Shown piece after piece: positions 16,251 through 24,000 of a stretch of 24,000 nt of DNA; position 1 is the first letter of the stretch, and each line of letters starts with the position of its first letter. The notes under the pieces are model-generated. The model was not told where the DNA came from and did no database searches. It was given only the letters and a program-made list of their open reading frames with translations. A program made the translations under genes and the position numbers. This stretch comes from Candidatus Bathyarchaeia archaeon (lineage in GTDB: Archaea; Asgardarchaeota; Heimdallarchaeia; JABLTI01), in the NCBI GenBank assembly GCA_035528035.1, contig DATKZI010000051.1:26365-50364 (forward strand), read 5' to 3'.

Positions 16251-16958
16251 TTGTTAGAGACAACTATGAATAATTTTAATGAAATCAAAGTAATTACATT
16301 TGATGGGGATGGTACATTATGGGACTTTGAAAAAGTCATGAGACATTCATTAAAATTCGTATTAGCAGCATTAAATGAGATTGATTCTGAAGCTGGATCT
16401 AAACTTGATGTTGATATGTTGATCGTTATTAGAAATAAAGTAGCTAAAGATTTGAAGGGGATTACAACAAATTTAGAAGACATTAGACTGCAAGCATTTA
16501 TTCAAACACTTAATTATATAGGGAGACCTAATGAAGAATTAGCTAAATTTCTAAATGAAATCTATTTAAAACACCGTTTTGAAGACATTGAGTTATTTGA
16601 TGATGTTCTACAAACACTTACTCAATTAAAGAAGAAATATACAATTGGTTTATTATCAAACGGTAGTAGTTATCCAGATCGATGTGGTTTGGAGAATATT
16701 TTTAATTTTGTTATATTCTCTCAAGATTTTGGTATTGAAAAGCCTGATCCAAGGATATTTGAAATAACCATGAAAAAAGCACAATGTAAAGTTCCAGAAA
16801 TATTACATATTGGTGATTCTCTTGAGACTGATATTCAAGGAGCAAAAAACGTTGGGATAAAAAATATCTGGTTAAATAGAAACAATGTGAAAAATAATCA
16901 ACATTTTAAACCTGATAGAGAAATTACTTCACTAATTGAACTATTGGATTTTTTATAA
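16251..16958 (+). CDS. HAD-superfamily hydrolase (subfamily IA, phosphatase/dehalogenase-like)
   Basis: HAD motif I FDGDGTLWDF, motif II LLSNGS, and motif III/IV K...GDSLETDIQGAKNVG are present. The track start is TTG at 16251. The ATG at 16266 (MNNFNEIKVITFDGDGTL) is more likely. Confidence 0.9.
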   Translation: MLETTMNNFNEIKVITFDGDGTLWDFEKVMRHSLKFVLAALNEIDSEAGSKLDVDMLIVIRNKVAKDLKGITTNLEDIRLQAFIQTLNYIGRPNEELAKFLNEIYLKHRFEDIELFDDVLQTLTQLKKKYTIGLLSNGSSYPDRCGLENIFNFVIFSQDFGIEKPDPRIFEITMKKAQCKVPEILHIGDSLETDIQGAKNVGIKNIWLNRNNVKNNQHFKPDREITSLIELLDFL

Positions 16959-16966
16959 AAAAAAGG

Positions 16967-16987
16967 AGTCTGAAAATCATTCAGACT
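16967..16987. terminator. Perfect 8-bp stem-loop between convergent genes
   Basis: AGTCTGAA (16967-16974), loop AATCA, TTCAGACT (16980-16987). It lies between the HAD stop (16958) and the lipid-kinase stop (17001) and is flanked by A/T runs. Confidence 0.45.
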
Positions 16988-17000
16988 TGATAGGTTTTAT

Positions 17001-17939
17001 TTATTTAATGTTCAATGAGAAAGTATTGGCATTTAGCCATCCTTCTCTTTTTAAAACAGCATCTGACATCTTGAGAATCTTCAAAACTCTATAAAGACAT
17101 TCAAAGGTAACAGGTAATTGACCAATGTACTCACCCATGGCGTGCCCATGAATTTTCTTTGTTGATTCAGTTGTTATTGTTACCTTTTTTCCTCGAATGA
17201 CTTCTATTTTTGGATTCGTCAAATGAGTTCCTTTCCCTAATCTTCTTGAAGTGATTAACGACTCAATGATTCCAGTATTACCAACAATCATGACATCTAG
17301 TAAGCCATCATCAATTACTGCATTGGGAGTCACTTTCATTCCACTACCCACCATCTGACCATTCCCTATCATAGTTGTTAATGATTTTAAATCTTTGACA
17401 ATTTTTCCATCATCAACATCTATATGTAAATGTCGAGGACGATATCTAAAGAATGATTTAATAAGTGCTATATTATAGACAGCATTTGTTCCTTTGTTGT
17501 ATACTTGCTCTGCAACATCAGCATCCAAACCGACACCAGCCACTCCCATACAGTATCGAGCTCCATTATTGATTTTAATACAATCTATTTCTCGATATTC
17601 CTTTTTCTGTAGCATTTCTATAATATCTTCAATATTCTTAGTTTGACGAATGTTGAAAGCATTATCATTTCCTCGTCCAACAGGAATTATACCCAAGATA
17701 TTTTTGAAACCAGTTTGACCTATTCCTGTTACTACTTCATTGACTGTCCCATCACCACCGAATACTGCTAAGAGCTCATGATCCTTACTTGCTTCTTTAG
17801 CTATTCGAATTCCATCTTGTGAAGCTTTTGTCCATTCAATTTCATAATCAATATTAGCTTCTTTCAAAGCTTTTTCATAAAGGGGCCATTTTTTGATAGC
17901 TTTACCTCCATACGTTGTTGGATTTCCAATTATTTTCAT
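17001..17939 (-). CDS. Diacylglycerol kinase catalytic-domain family lipid kinase (YegS/BmrU-like)
   Basis: 312 aa with the nucleotide-binding signature AVFGGDGTVNEV, the following GIIPVGRGND block, and a C-terminal beta-sandwich-length domain. Confidence 0.9.
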   Translation of the reverse strand: MKIIGNPTTYGGKAIKKWPLYEKALKEANIDYEIEWTKASQDGIRIAKEASKDHELLAVFGGDGTVNEVVTGIGQTGFKNILGIIPVGRGNDNAFNIRQTKNIEDIIEMLQKKEYREIDCIKINNGARYCMGVAGVGLDADVAEQVYNKGTNAVYNIALIKSFFRYRPRHLHIDVDDGKIVKDLKSLTTMIGNGQMVGSGMKVTPNAVIDDGLLDVMIVGNTGIIESLITSRRLGKGTHLTNPKIEVIRGKKVTITTESTKKIHGHAMGEYIGQLPVTFECLYRVLKILKMSDAVLKREGWLNANTFSLNIK

Positions 17940-18152
17940 CTATAAAATCTCCTGTTTATGAGTCCTATATTTTAAAAAGAATTCATTTTTTATCTACAAA
18001 AGTAATTTCTGTTTAAAGTATTTATGGTTAAATTAACCTTTTTTAACTAACTTTTTAACATAGCTATAATTAATTTGGTAAAACTAAGAAAATAGTTATA
18101 ATTATAATATTGAATATCCTTTGATGAATATCAACGGAAAGAGGAAAAACAA

Positions 18153-19952
18153 TTGCATCCAATTAAGCGAATATACAAGTTAATGACTAGAAAAACAAAA
18201 TTAGCTTTTCTTGTTGTACTAATAATCGCCATACTCGAGTCTTCATCAACAATTGCTTCTCCCAAGATCGTTGAAATATTGATAGATCGAGTTTTTGTTG
18301 GAACTGAATATAATCTACTTTTACCATTAATAGCTATTGCTGTGGCTATAGTAGTTGCAAAAGCTATCTTTCTTTTCTTACAAGGATATTTGAATGAATA
18401 CATTGCTCAAAATATTGTGTTTATTATTCGTCATAAATTGTATTCAAAAATACAAAGACAATCAATAGATTTCTTTGACAGAATAGAGTCGGGACAATTA
18501 ATCTCTCGAGGTACAACTGATATTGATGCAATTAAAAGACTAATGAGTCTAGGATTTAGATCGATCTTAAGATCTATTATATTATACATCGGTATTTTTA
18601 TTATGATTGGTATTTCCGATCCTTATTCTCTTATAATTGTTGGAGTTATTGCACCAATATTATTCATTATAATGTTTAGTTTTACCTCTCGAAGAAGATA
18701 TTTATTTAAAAACATACAAAATAAATTCGGTGACTTGAATTCAGTTCTTAAAGAAAATGTTCGAGGTGCAAGAGTTGTTCGAGCTTTTGCTACAGAAGAA
18801 TTTGAAATTACAAAATTCGAAAAAGAAAATGAAGCTTATATGAATATGAATATTCACATGGCGAAATTAAAAAGTCTAATGAATGTTCTTTTTCCTTTTG
18901 TTTTAGGATTAGGTTCTGTTGCAATATGGTTTTTCGGTGGTAGGCAAGTAATTAATGGCGTTTTAGCCCTAGGAGCTCTTGTTGCTTTTATAAGTTACAT
19001 TCAACTTTTACAAACATCAACTCGGTTCATGATTTCGGGGATAATCTATTACCAAGAAGGAGTAGCAGGCATGAATCGTATTTATGAAATAATTGACATG
19101 GAAAATAAAGTTACTAATAGACCTGGTGCAATTGACCTTCCTAAAATAGAAGGTAATATTTTCTTTGAAAAAGTGACTTTTGCTTATCGGGATGGGGAAA
19201 GACCAGTTCTTAAAAAAATTACTTTAGACATTTTAGCTGGGGAAACAGTTGCTTTTCTTGGAACAACGGGTTCTGGTAAGAGTACAATTGTTAGTTTAGT
19301 TCCACGATTTTACGATCCTCAAGAGGGAGCTGTTTATATTGATAATATTGATATTCGTGATATCAAGATTGATTCGTTAAGATCTAAAATTGCTCTAGTT
19401 CAACAAGAAGCTTTTCTATTTGCTCGAACCATCAAAGAAAATATTGCTTTTGGAAAACCTGATGCAACTCTTGATGAAATCATACAAGTAGCGAAAATTG
19501 CTCAAGCACATGACTTCATAATGGAAACACCTAACGGATATGATACCGTTGTTGGTGAACGTGGAGTGACTCTTTCTGGTGGGCAAAAGCAGCGATTAAC
19601 GATCGCTCGAGCATTATTGCTTGATTATCCAATATTGATCATGGATGATTCCTCAAGTGCTTTGGATTTTGAAACGGAAAATCAATTCCAAAAAGCAGTT
19701 AACGCTTTGGTGAAAAATCGCACAACATTGATAGTTACTCAAAGATTATCAACTATAAAATTTGCAACAAAAATAGTAGTAATGAATAATGGTGAGATTG
19801 AAGAAATTGGCACACATGAGGAATTGATAATGAAGAAAGGATTATACAAGTATTTATATGAAACACAATTATTATCTCAGCAAGATTCTTTTGATACAAT
19901 AGAAATAGAATCAAAAGAAAAGCAAATTGAAACAGATATTATAGAAGAATGA
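18153..19952 (+). CDS. ABC exporter half-transporter (TMD-NBD), subunit carrying the degenerate ATPase site
   Basis: A 6-TM type I exporter domain is followed by an NBD. Walker A is GTTGSGKST and the signature is LSGGQKQR. Walker B is ILIMDD (Asp replaces the catalytic Glu). The H-loop is VTQRLS (Gln replaces His). The start is TTG with AGAGGA upstream. Confidence 0.9.
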   Translation: MHPIKRIYKLMTRKTKLAFLVVLIIAILESSSTIASPKIVEILIDRVFVGTEYNLLLPLIAIAVAIVVAKAIFLFLQGYLNEYIAQNIVFIIRHKLYSKIQRQSIDFFDRIESGQLISRGTTDIDAIKRLMSLGFRSILRSIILYIGIFIMIGISDPYSLIIVGVIAPILFIIMFSFTSRRRYLFKNIQNKFGDLNSVLKENVRGARVVRAFATEEFEITKFEKENEAYMNMNIHMAKLKSLMNVLFPFVLGLGSVAIWFFGGRQVINGVLALGALVAFISYIQLLQTSTRFMISGIIYYQEGVAGMNRIYEIIDMENKVTNRPGAIDLPKIEGNIFFEKVTFAYRDGERPVLKKITLDILAGETVAFLGTTGSGKSTIVSLVPRFYDPQEGAVYIDNIDIRDIKIDSLRSKIALVQQEAFLFARTIKENIAFGKPDATLDEIIQVAKIAQAHDFIMETPNGYDTVVGERGVTLSGGQKQRLTIARALLLDYPILIMDDSSSALDFETENQFQKAVNALVKNRTTLIVTQRLSTIKFATKIVVMNNGEIEEIGTHEELIMKKGLYKYLYETQLLSQQDSFDTIEIESKEKQIETDIIEE

Positions 19953-19967
19953 AAAAGAGGTAACAAT

Positions 19968-21824
19968 ATGACTACAAGATATAGAGGAAAATATCAAGAA
20001 TTAGCAGAAGATGCTGAAAAAGGTAAACAACCTAGGATAACTTCTGATTTAGTTCTTGGTAAATGGGTCATAGGTTATCTCAAAGAGTTCAAGGGATTAG
20101 TAATAGTAGCTTTTATTCTAGTAATAATTAGTACGGTTATAGGGTTGATTTCACCATACATTTCAAAAAGGATATTAGATGATGCTTTAGGTGAGAATCC
20201 TATTATTATAAATGGAGATTTTAAATTATTACTTATTTTGTGCTCAATATTATTGGGAATAATTGTACTCAATGCATTGATTGATGCTTTTAAAAGCATA
20301 ACTTTGAATAAAATAGGCTATAAATCAGTAAGAAAAATACGAAAAGATACTTTTGCTAAAATCCAAAGTCTTTCAATGAAATACTTTGATACACAAGATA
20401 CAGGTCAAATTATTTCAAGAGTCACAAATGATTGTAATAAAGTAAATGAATTAATGAGTGGGTCATTAATTAATTCCATTACGGATTTCTTTACAATTTT
20501 TGGCGTAGCAGTTTTTCTTATTTACATGAATTGGGTATTAGGATTGATTACACTTGGAGTTTCTATTCCATCAATTATAATTATTAGCTATTTTTTTAAT
20601 ACCCGTGCTCGTAAAGCTTATAGAAAAACACGAAAAACAATTGCTAATGTTACTGCAAGCTTATCTGAAAGTATTGATGGTGTTAAAGTTTCAAAATCCT
20701 TTACTCGAGAAAAAACTAATATTAAAGAATTTAGAGAAATTAATCTTGAAGATAGAAAAGCAAATTTACGAGTCGAAGCCATTTTTTCAATAACCTATCC
20801 AGTTTATAATTTCCTTTCCTCTGTTGTTGTAGGAATTGTTTATCTCTATACAGGTTGGACTCTTTATAGAGCAGGGATTACTGTTCTTTTACCTATTACA
20901 ATTGGAGAAGCAGTTGCTTTTACAAGTTATATTGGTATGTTATTTGGTCCAATACTCAACCTTTCAATGTTTTTCAATATATTTCAATCAACTATGGCTG
21001 CTACTGAAAGGATTTATGAGCTTAATAATACTACATCAGATGTTGTAGAAAAAGAAGATGCAATCAAATTACCAAGAATTAAAGGAGCTATCAGATTTGA
21101 AGATGTTACTTTTTCATATGTAGATGATGAAATAGTACTTAATAATTTCAATCTGGATGTTCAACCAGGAGAATCTATTGCCATTGTTGGTCCTACTGGA
21201 GCGGGAAAAACAACTATTATGAATCTTCTTGCGAGATTTTATGAGATACAAAAAGGAACTATTACGATTGATGGTTACAATATTCAAGATGTTACACTTA
21301 ATTCTTTACATAAACAAATGGGGATAGTTTTGCAAAATCCTTATTTGTTTTCAGGAACAATAAAAGAGAATATCTCATATGGAAATCCGGAAATATCGGA
21401 AAATAAAATTATTAATGCTGCGAAAGTAGTGAATGCTTATGAATTTATTAAACATGCTCCAAATGGCTTTGATACAGATGTAGGCGAAGACGGAAAACGT
21501 TTATCAGCTGGACAAAGACAACTAATATCTTTTGCTCGTGCTATTATCAATAATCCTCGAATTCTAATTCTAGATGAGGCGACATCTTCAGTTGATCCTT
21601 ATACAGAAATATTAATAAAAAATGCTTTAGAAAAGATACTTAAAAACAGGACATCTTTCATAGTTGCTCATCGCCTTTCTACTATTCGTAATGCTGATAG
21701 AATAATTGTAATCAAGAAAGGGGAAATTGTAGAAGAAGGAAATAATGAAGAGCTCTTATCTTTGAAAGGAGAATATTATAAACTATATCAATTGCAGTTC
21801 AAAGATCAAGAAGAATCAGAATAA
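19968..21824 (+). CDS. ABC exporter half-transporter (TMD-NBD), subunit carrying the consensus ATPase site
   Basis: Walker A is GPTGAGKTT, Walker B is ILILDEATS (canonical Glu), and the H-loop is VAHRLS. The signature deviates (LSAGQRQ). It starts 15 nt after the partner gene, with an AGAGG RBS. Confidence 0.95.
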   Translation: MTTRYRGKYQELAEDAEKGKQPRITSDLVLGKWVIGYLKEFKGLVIVAFILVIISTVIGLISPYISKRILDDALGENPIIINGDFKLLLILCSILLGIIVLNALIDAFKSITLNKIGYKSVRKIRKDTFAKIQSLSMKYFDTQDTGQIISRVTNDCNKVNELMSGSLINSITDFFTIFGVAVFLIYMNWVLGLITLGVSIPSIIIISYFFNTRARKAYRKTRKTIANVTASLSESIDGVKVSKSFTREKTNIKEFREINLEDRKANLRVEAIFSITYPVYNFLSSVVVGIVYLYTGWTLYRAGITVLLPITIGEAVAFTSYIGMLFGPILNLSMFFNIFQSTMAATERIYELNNTTSDVVEKEDAIKLPRIKGAIRFEDVTFSYVDDEIVLNNFNLDVQPGESIAIVGPTGAGKTTIMNLLARFYEIQKGTITIDGYNIQDVTLNSLHKQMGIVLQNPYLFSGTIKENISYGNPEISENKIINAAKVVNAYEFIKHAPNGFDTDVGEDGKRLSAGQRQLISFARAIINNPRILILDEATSSVDPYTEILIKNALEKILKNRTSFIVAHRLSTIRNADRIIVIKKGEIVEEGNNEELLSLKGEYYKLYQLQFKDQEESE

Positions 21825-21829
21825 AATAA

Positions 21830-21847
21830 TTTTTTTATCGTTTTTTT
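21830..21847 (+). terminator. Two T7 tracts immediately after the ABC operon stop
   Basis: TTTTTTTATCGTTTTTTT begins 6 nt after the TAA at 21822-21824. Confidence 0.4.
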
Positions 21848-21947
21848 AATAAACAATCAGAAAACTATATTTGCTTTATTCGATATATTAAATGTAATTA
21901 TTTTGTTGCCTGTTTAAATTAATGCAACGAAAAATAAGGGGGAAATT

Positions 21948-22661
21948 ATGACCTATCGTTTTATAACTCAAGTAAGTGAAAGCAAAAACCTTGGCAAGGT
22001 TATGCACATTAACTTCTATTCGAATAAAACATGCACTTACAATTGTGTCTACTGTGGTGATGGTCCCACAGATCATCAAACATTAGATAGGAAATTTCTC
22101 TTTGGAGCTCGTGTAGTTATTGATGAAATCGAAGATTACATACTAAAGGAAGGAAAGCCAGATTATATATGGTTCACTTGTAAAGGAGAACCAACTCTAA
22201 ATTTAATGTTCGGTAAAATCGTAAATGAAATTAGAAAATCTTATCCGGAAATAAAAATTGGTACTTGGACAAATGGGACTTTGCTCAATAGAGAAGATGT
22301 CTGTAAAGAATTAGCTCTCTGTGATCATATAATAGTAGATTTAGATAGTGTAAATAATGATGAATTTCAAAAAATCAATCGACCAATCATTTCTATCAAG
22401 CTTGAAAGTTTATTAGAAAATATCAAATCCTTTAGAAAAAATTACCCGGGAAAATTTTGGATTCATACCGTTTTCTTACGAGGATATAACGATTCTGATA
22501 AAAATCTATTAGGATTGCGAAAATATTTCGAGGAATTAAATCCTGATCAATTATACATTTCATATGGCCTTAAAAGCTCTGAAGGGCCACTTACAGATGA
22601 ATTCAAAGAGAACTTTAAACAGAGATTTAATGATGGAAAGTTTGAAATAAAAATCGAATAA
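21948..22661 (+). CDS. Radical SAM domain protein (compact, no auxiliary-cluster domain evident)
   Basis: CX3CX2C motif (CTYNCVYC) at residues 29-36, a GEPTL glycine-rich SAM motif, and NGTLL. A strong RBS (AAGGGGGA) lies upstream of the ATG. Confidence 0.8.
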   Translation: MTYRFITQVSESKNLGKVMHINFYSNKTCTYNCVYCGDGPTDHQTLDRKFLFGARVVIDEIEDYILKEGKPDYIWFTCKGEPTLNLMFGKIVNEIRKSYPEIKIGTWTNGTLLNREDVCKELALCDHIIVDLDSVNNDEFQKINRPIISIKLESLLENIKSFRKNYPGKFWIHTVFLRGYNDSDKNLLGLRKYFEELNPDQLYISYGLKSSEGPLTDEFKENFKQRFNDGKFEIKIE

Positions 22662-22665
22662 AAAA

Positions 22666-23448
22666 TCAACTAATAATTAATAATTTGCTCCTTTTTATAT
22701 AACTTGAATAAACAATTATGTTTCCTATTTGCAATAGATTTTGAGAACCATAATGGAAATAATAGAGTAATGTATGAATTAAAGAATTATCACCATGATA
22801 TGATACTCCTATCATAATTGTTATTATGTATATTGCAAAGAAAATACTTAACACAATAGGTCCTTTATTAGCAACATTAACGGAGATATTTGATTCACTC
22901 CTCAAATAATTTGTAAAGAAAATAGTTGCTGTTAGCAATAGAATAGTTATAAGAATTCTAAATGTATCAGTCCAATGAATAAAGAATGCATAACTGTAGG
23001 TATAAAATTCAATTGTTGGTAGAAATCCTATCAACGAAATTTCTAGTGTGCCTTGAGCAGTACCGATATGAATGATTAAAGTTCGAGAAAAAGTGAGAGC
23101 TACCATTAAACCAAGGGTTATAATAATGATGATAATATAACGTTGATATTCTTCTTTAGCTATTCTTTTGTATAAAATAAAAGCAATAAATAAACCTAGT
23201 ATTCCGAGAAATTGGATTGAATCAAAAAAAATTGTGAAACCAATTAAGATATCATGTCTAATTATAAAAAATCCAGAACCATAAGTACCAAAAGTAGCAT
23301 CTAGAATGAGAAACCATCTTCTAAAAAGTAAATAACAAAAGCTAATAATGATAATTAAAGCTGAAAAGAAAATAATTTTTTTGGAAATCGCTAATTGTCT
23401 CTCTTCTTTATCTAATTTGGTTGGATATGTTCCTACATCTTTACTCAT
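22666..23448 (-). CDS. Hypothetical polytopic membrane protein
   Basis: 260 aa with about 7-8 hydrophobic helices. No recognisable motif. Confidence 0.5.
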   Translation of the reverse strand: MSKDVGTYPTKLDKEERQLAISKKIIFFSALIIIISFCYLLFRRWFLILDATFGTYGSGFFIIRHDILIGFTIFFDSIQFLGILGLFIAFILYKRIAKEEYQRYIIIIIITLGLMVALTFSRTLIIHIGTAQGTLEISLIGFLPTIEFYTYSYAFFIHWTDTFRILITILLLTATIFFTNYLRSESNISVNVANKGPIVLSIFFAIYIITIMIGVSYHGDNSLIHTLLYYFHYGSQNLLQIGNIIVYSSYIKRSKLLIIS

Positions 23449-23528
23449 TAACTCACCAATTATTACATTATATTGATAATTATTAATGAAAAGATCTATT
23501 CTTAAATTGCTTGATTATCTTTCAAATT

Positions 23529-24000
23529 TTATTTTTTTAAACAAATATTAATGAATTCAATAAGAGTTATATTGCACTCTTCAACTTGTTTAATTAAATC
23601 TTTCAACCAAGGTTTTTCACAAACCCAATTTTCAAGCTGATTAATGATTAATTCAGAGGTAATTTTTTCATTAGTTCTTTCCAAAACTTCAATTAAATTA
23701 TCTAAAGCATCAACTGAAATAAGTATTTTAGATAGAATTGTTTTTGGTTCTAAATGAGTTCGATAATCATGGGTTTTTATAGCTTCTATTGCTTCTTTGG
23801 ATAGTTTTTCTTGAAGTATTTCACCTGCAATAATACCATGTAATTGTCTATTTGCTAATGTTTCATCATAATCCATATCATGCAAGAATCCAACTAATTC
23901 CCATTCATTTCTATTTTCATTATAGAAATCAGCGATATTCAACATCATTCTACCAACACGAAGTGAATGATTGTAATGTGATGTTTCAGATATAAGTGCA
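23529..24000 (-). CDS. HD-domain metal-dependent phosphohydrolase, 5' end truncated by the right window edge
   Basis: The HD dyad is in GFLHDMDY. The frame stays open upstream of the track's Met to base 24000 (ALISETSHYNHSLRVGRMML...). That stretch contains the first conserved His (HSLRV) of the HD fold, so the real start lies outside the window. Confidence 0.75.
   Translation of the reverse strand, partial: ALISETSHYNHSLRVGRMMLNIADFYNENRNEWELVGFLHDMDYDETLANRQLHGIIAGEILQEKLSKEAIEAIKTHDYRTHLEPKTILSKILISVDALDNLIEVLERTNEKITSELIINQLENWVCEKPWLKDLIKQVEECNITLIEFINICLKK

Noticed and set aside
14374-22079. Further nested or antisense track ORFs: 14374-14646, 16214-16483, 18131-18403, 20075-20299, 20605-20793, 20836-21048, 21888-22079.
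   Set aside because: The reasoning is the same. They overlap the ChrB-like, HAD, ABC and radical SAM genes, which have strong motif support.
18153-22661. The ABC exporter pair plus the adjacent radical SAM enzyme as a possible RiPP (sactipeptide/ranthipeptide-like) maturation and export cluster.
   Set aside because: The radical SAM protein is only 237 aa, with no SPASM/twitch Cys-rich extension and no RiPP recognition element. The 21825-21947 spacer contains only trivially short ORFs (at most 9 codons), so there is no precursor peptide. Oligo-T terminators separate it from the ABC operon.
1-24000. A search for CRISPR arrays, long tandem or inverted repeats, rRNA genes and C/D-box sRNAs in intergenic regions.
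   Set aside because: I saw no periodic direct repeats with spacers, no long repeats and no rRNA-like segments. Isolated TGATGA strings lack a properly spaced CTGA partner or lie inside coding sequence.

Overview
Visibly AT-rich chromosomal segment that looks archaeal. The evidence is a tRNA gene with two inferred introns (one in the T-loop), A1-U72/A73 tRNA-Gln architecture, and DUF1616-like membrane proteins. About 23 protein genes are densely packed on both strands.

Layout, left to right:
- 1-5937: surface-glycosylation cluster, with a MOP/Wzx-like flippase, a GT4, a GtrB-like GT2 and a large GT-C-like membrane protein.
- 6071-7901: three-gene membrane operon that looks like a split DUF1616 protein.
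- 8105-9376: amidohydrolase.
- 9507-9993: decayed gene.
- 10139-12064: full-length class I glutaminyl-tRNA synthetase with a short GatB/YqeY-like N-terminal extension.
- 12484-12622: tRNA-Gln(UUG) carrying two introns, about 420 bp downstream of the synthetase.
- 12645-17939: small-molecule and redox enzymes (nitroreductase, PNPOx-like FMN protein, ChrB-like domain protein, tandem GNAT, HAD hydrolase, DAG/lipid kinase).
- 18153-21824: asymmetric heterodimeric ABC exporter pair.
- 21948-24000: compact radical SAM protein, a polytopic membrane protein, and an HD-domain gene that runs off the right edge.

I saw no CRISPR array, transposase, integrase or recognisable defence genes. The most interesting signal is the GlnRS plus intron-rich cognate tRNA-Gln pair in an archaeal context. 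Archaea are classically considered to lack GlnRS, which would fit an Asgard/Loki-like lineage or a horizontal acquisition. All family assignments come from motif recognition by eye and need HMM/BLAST confirmation.
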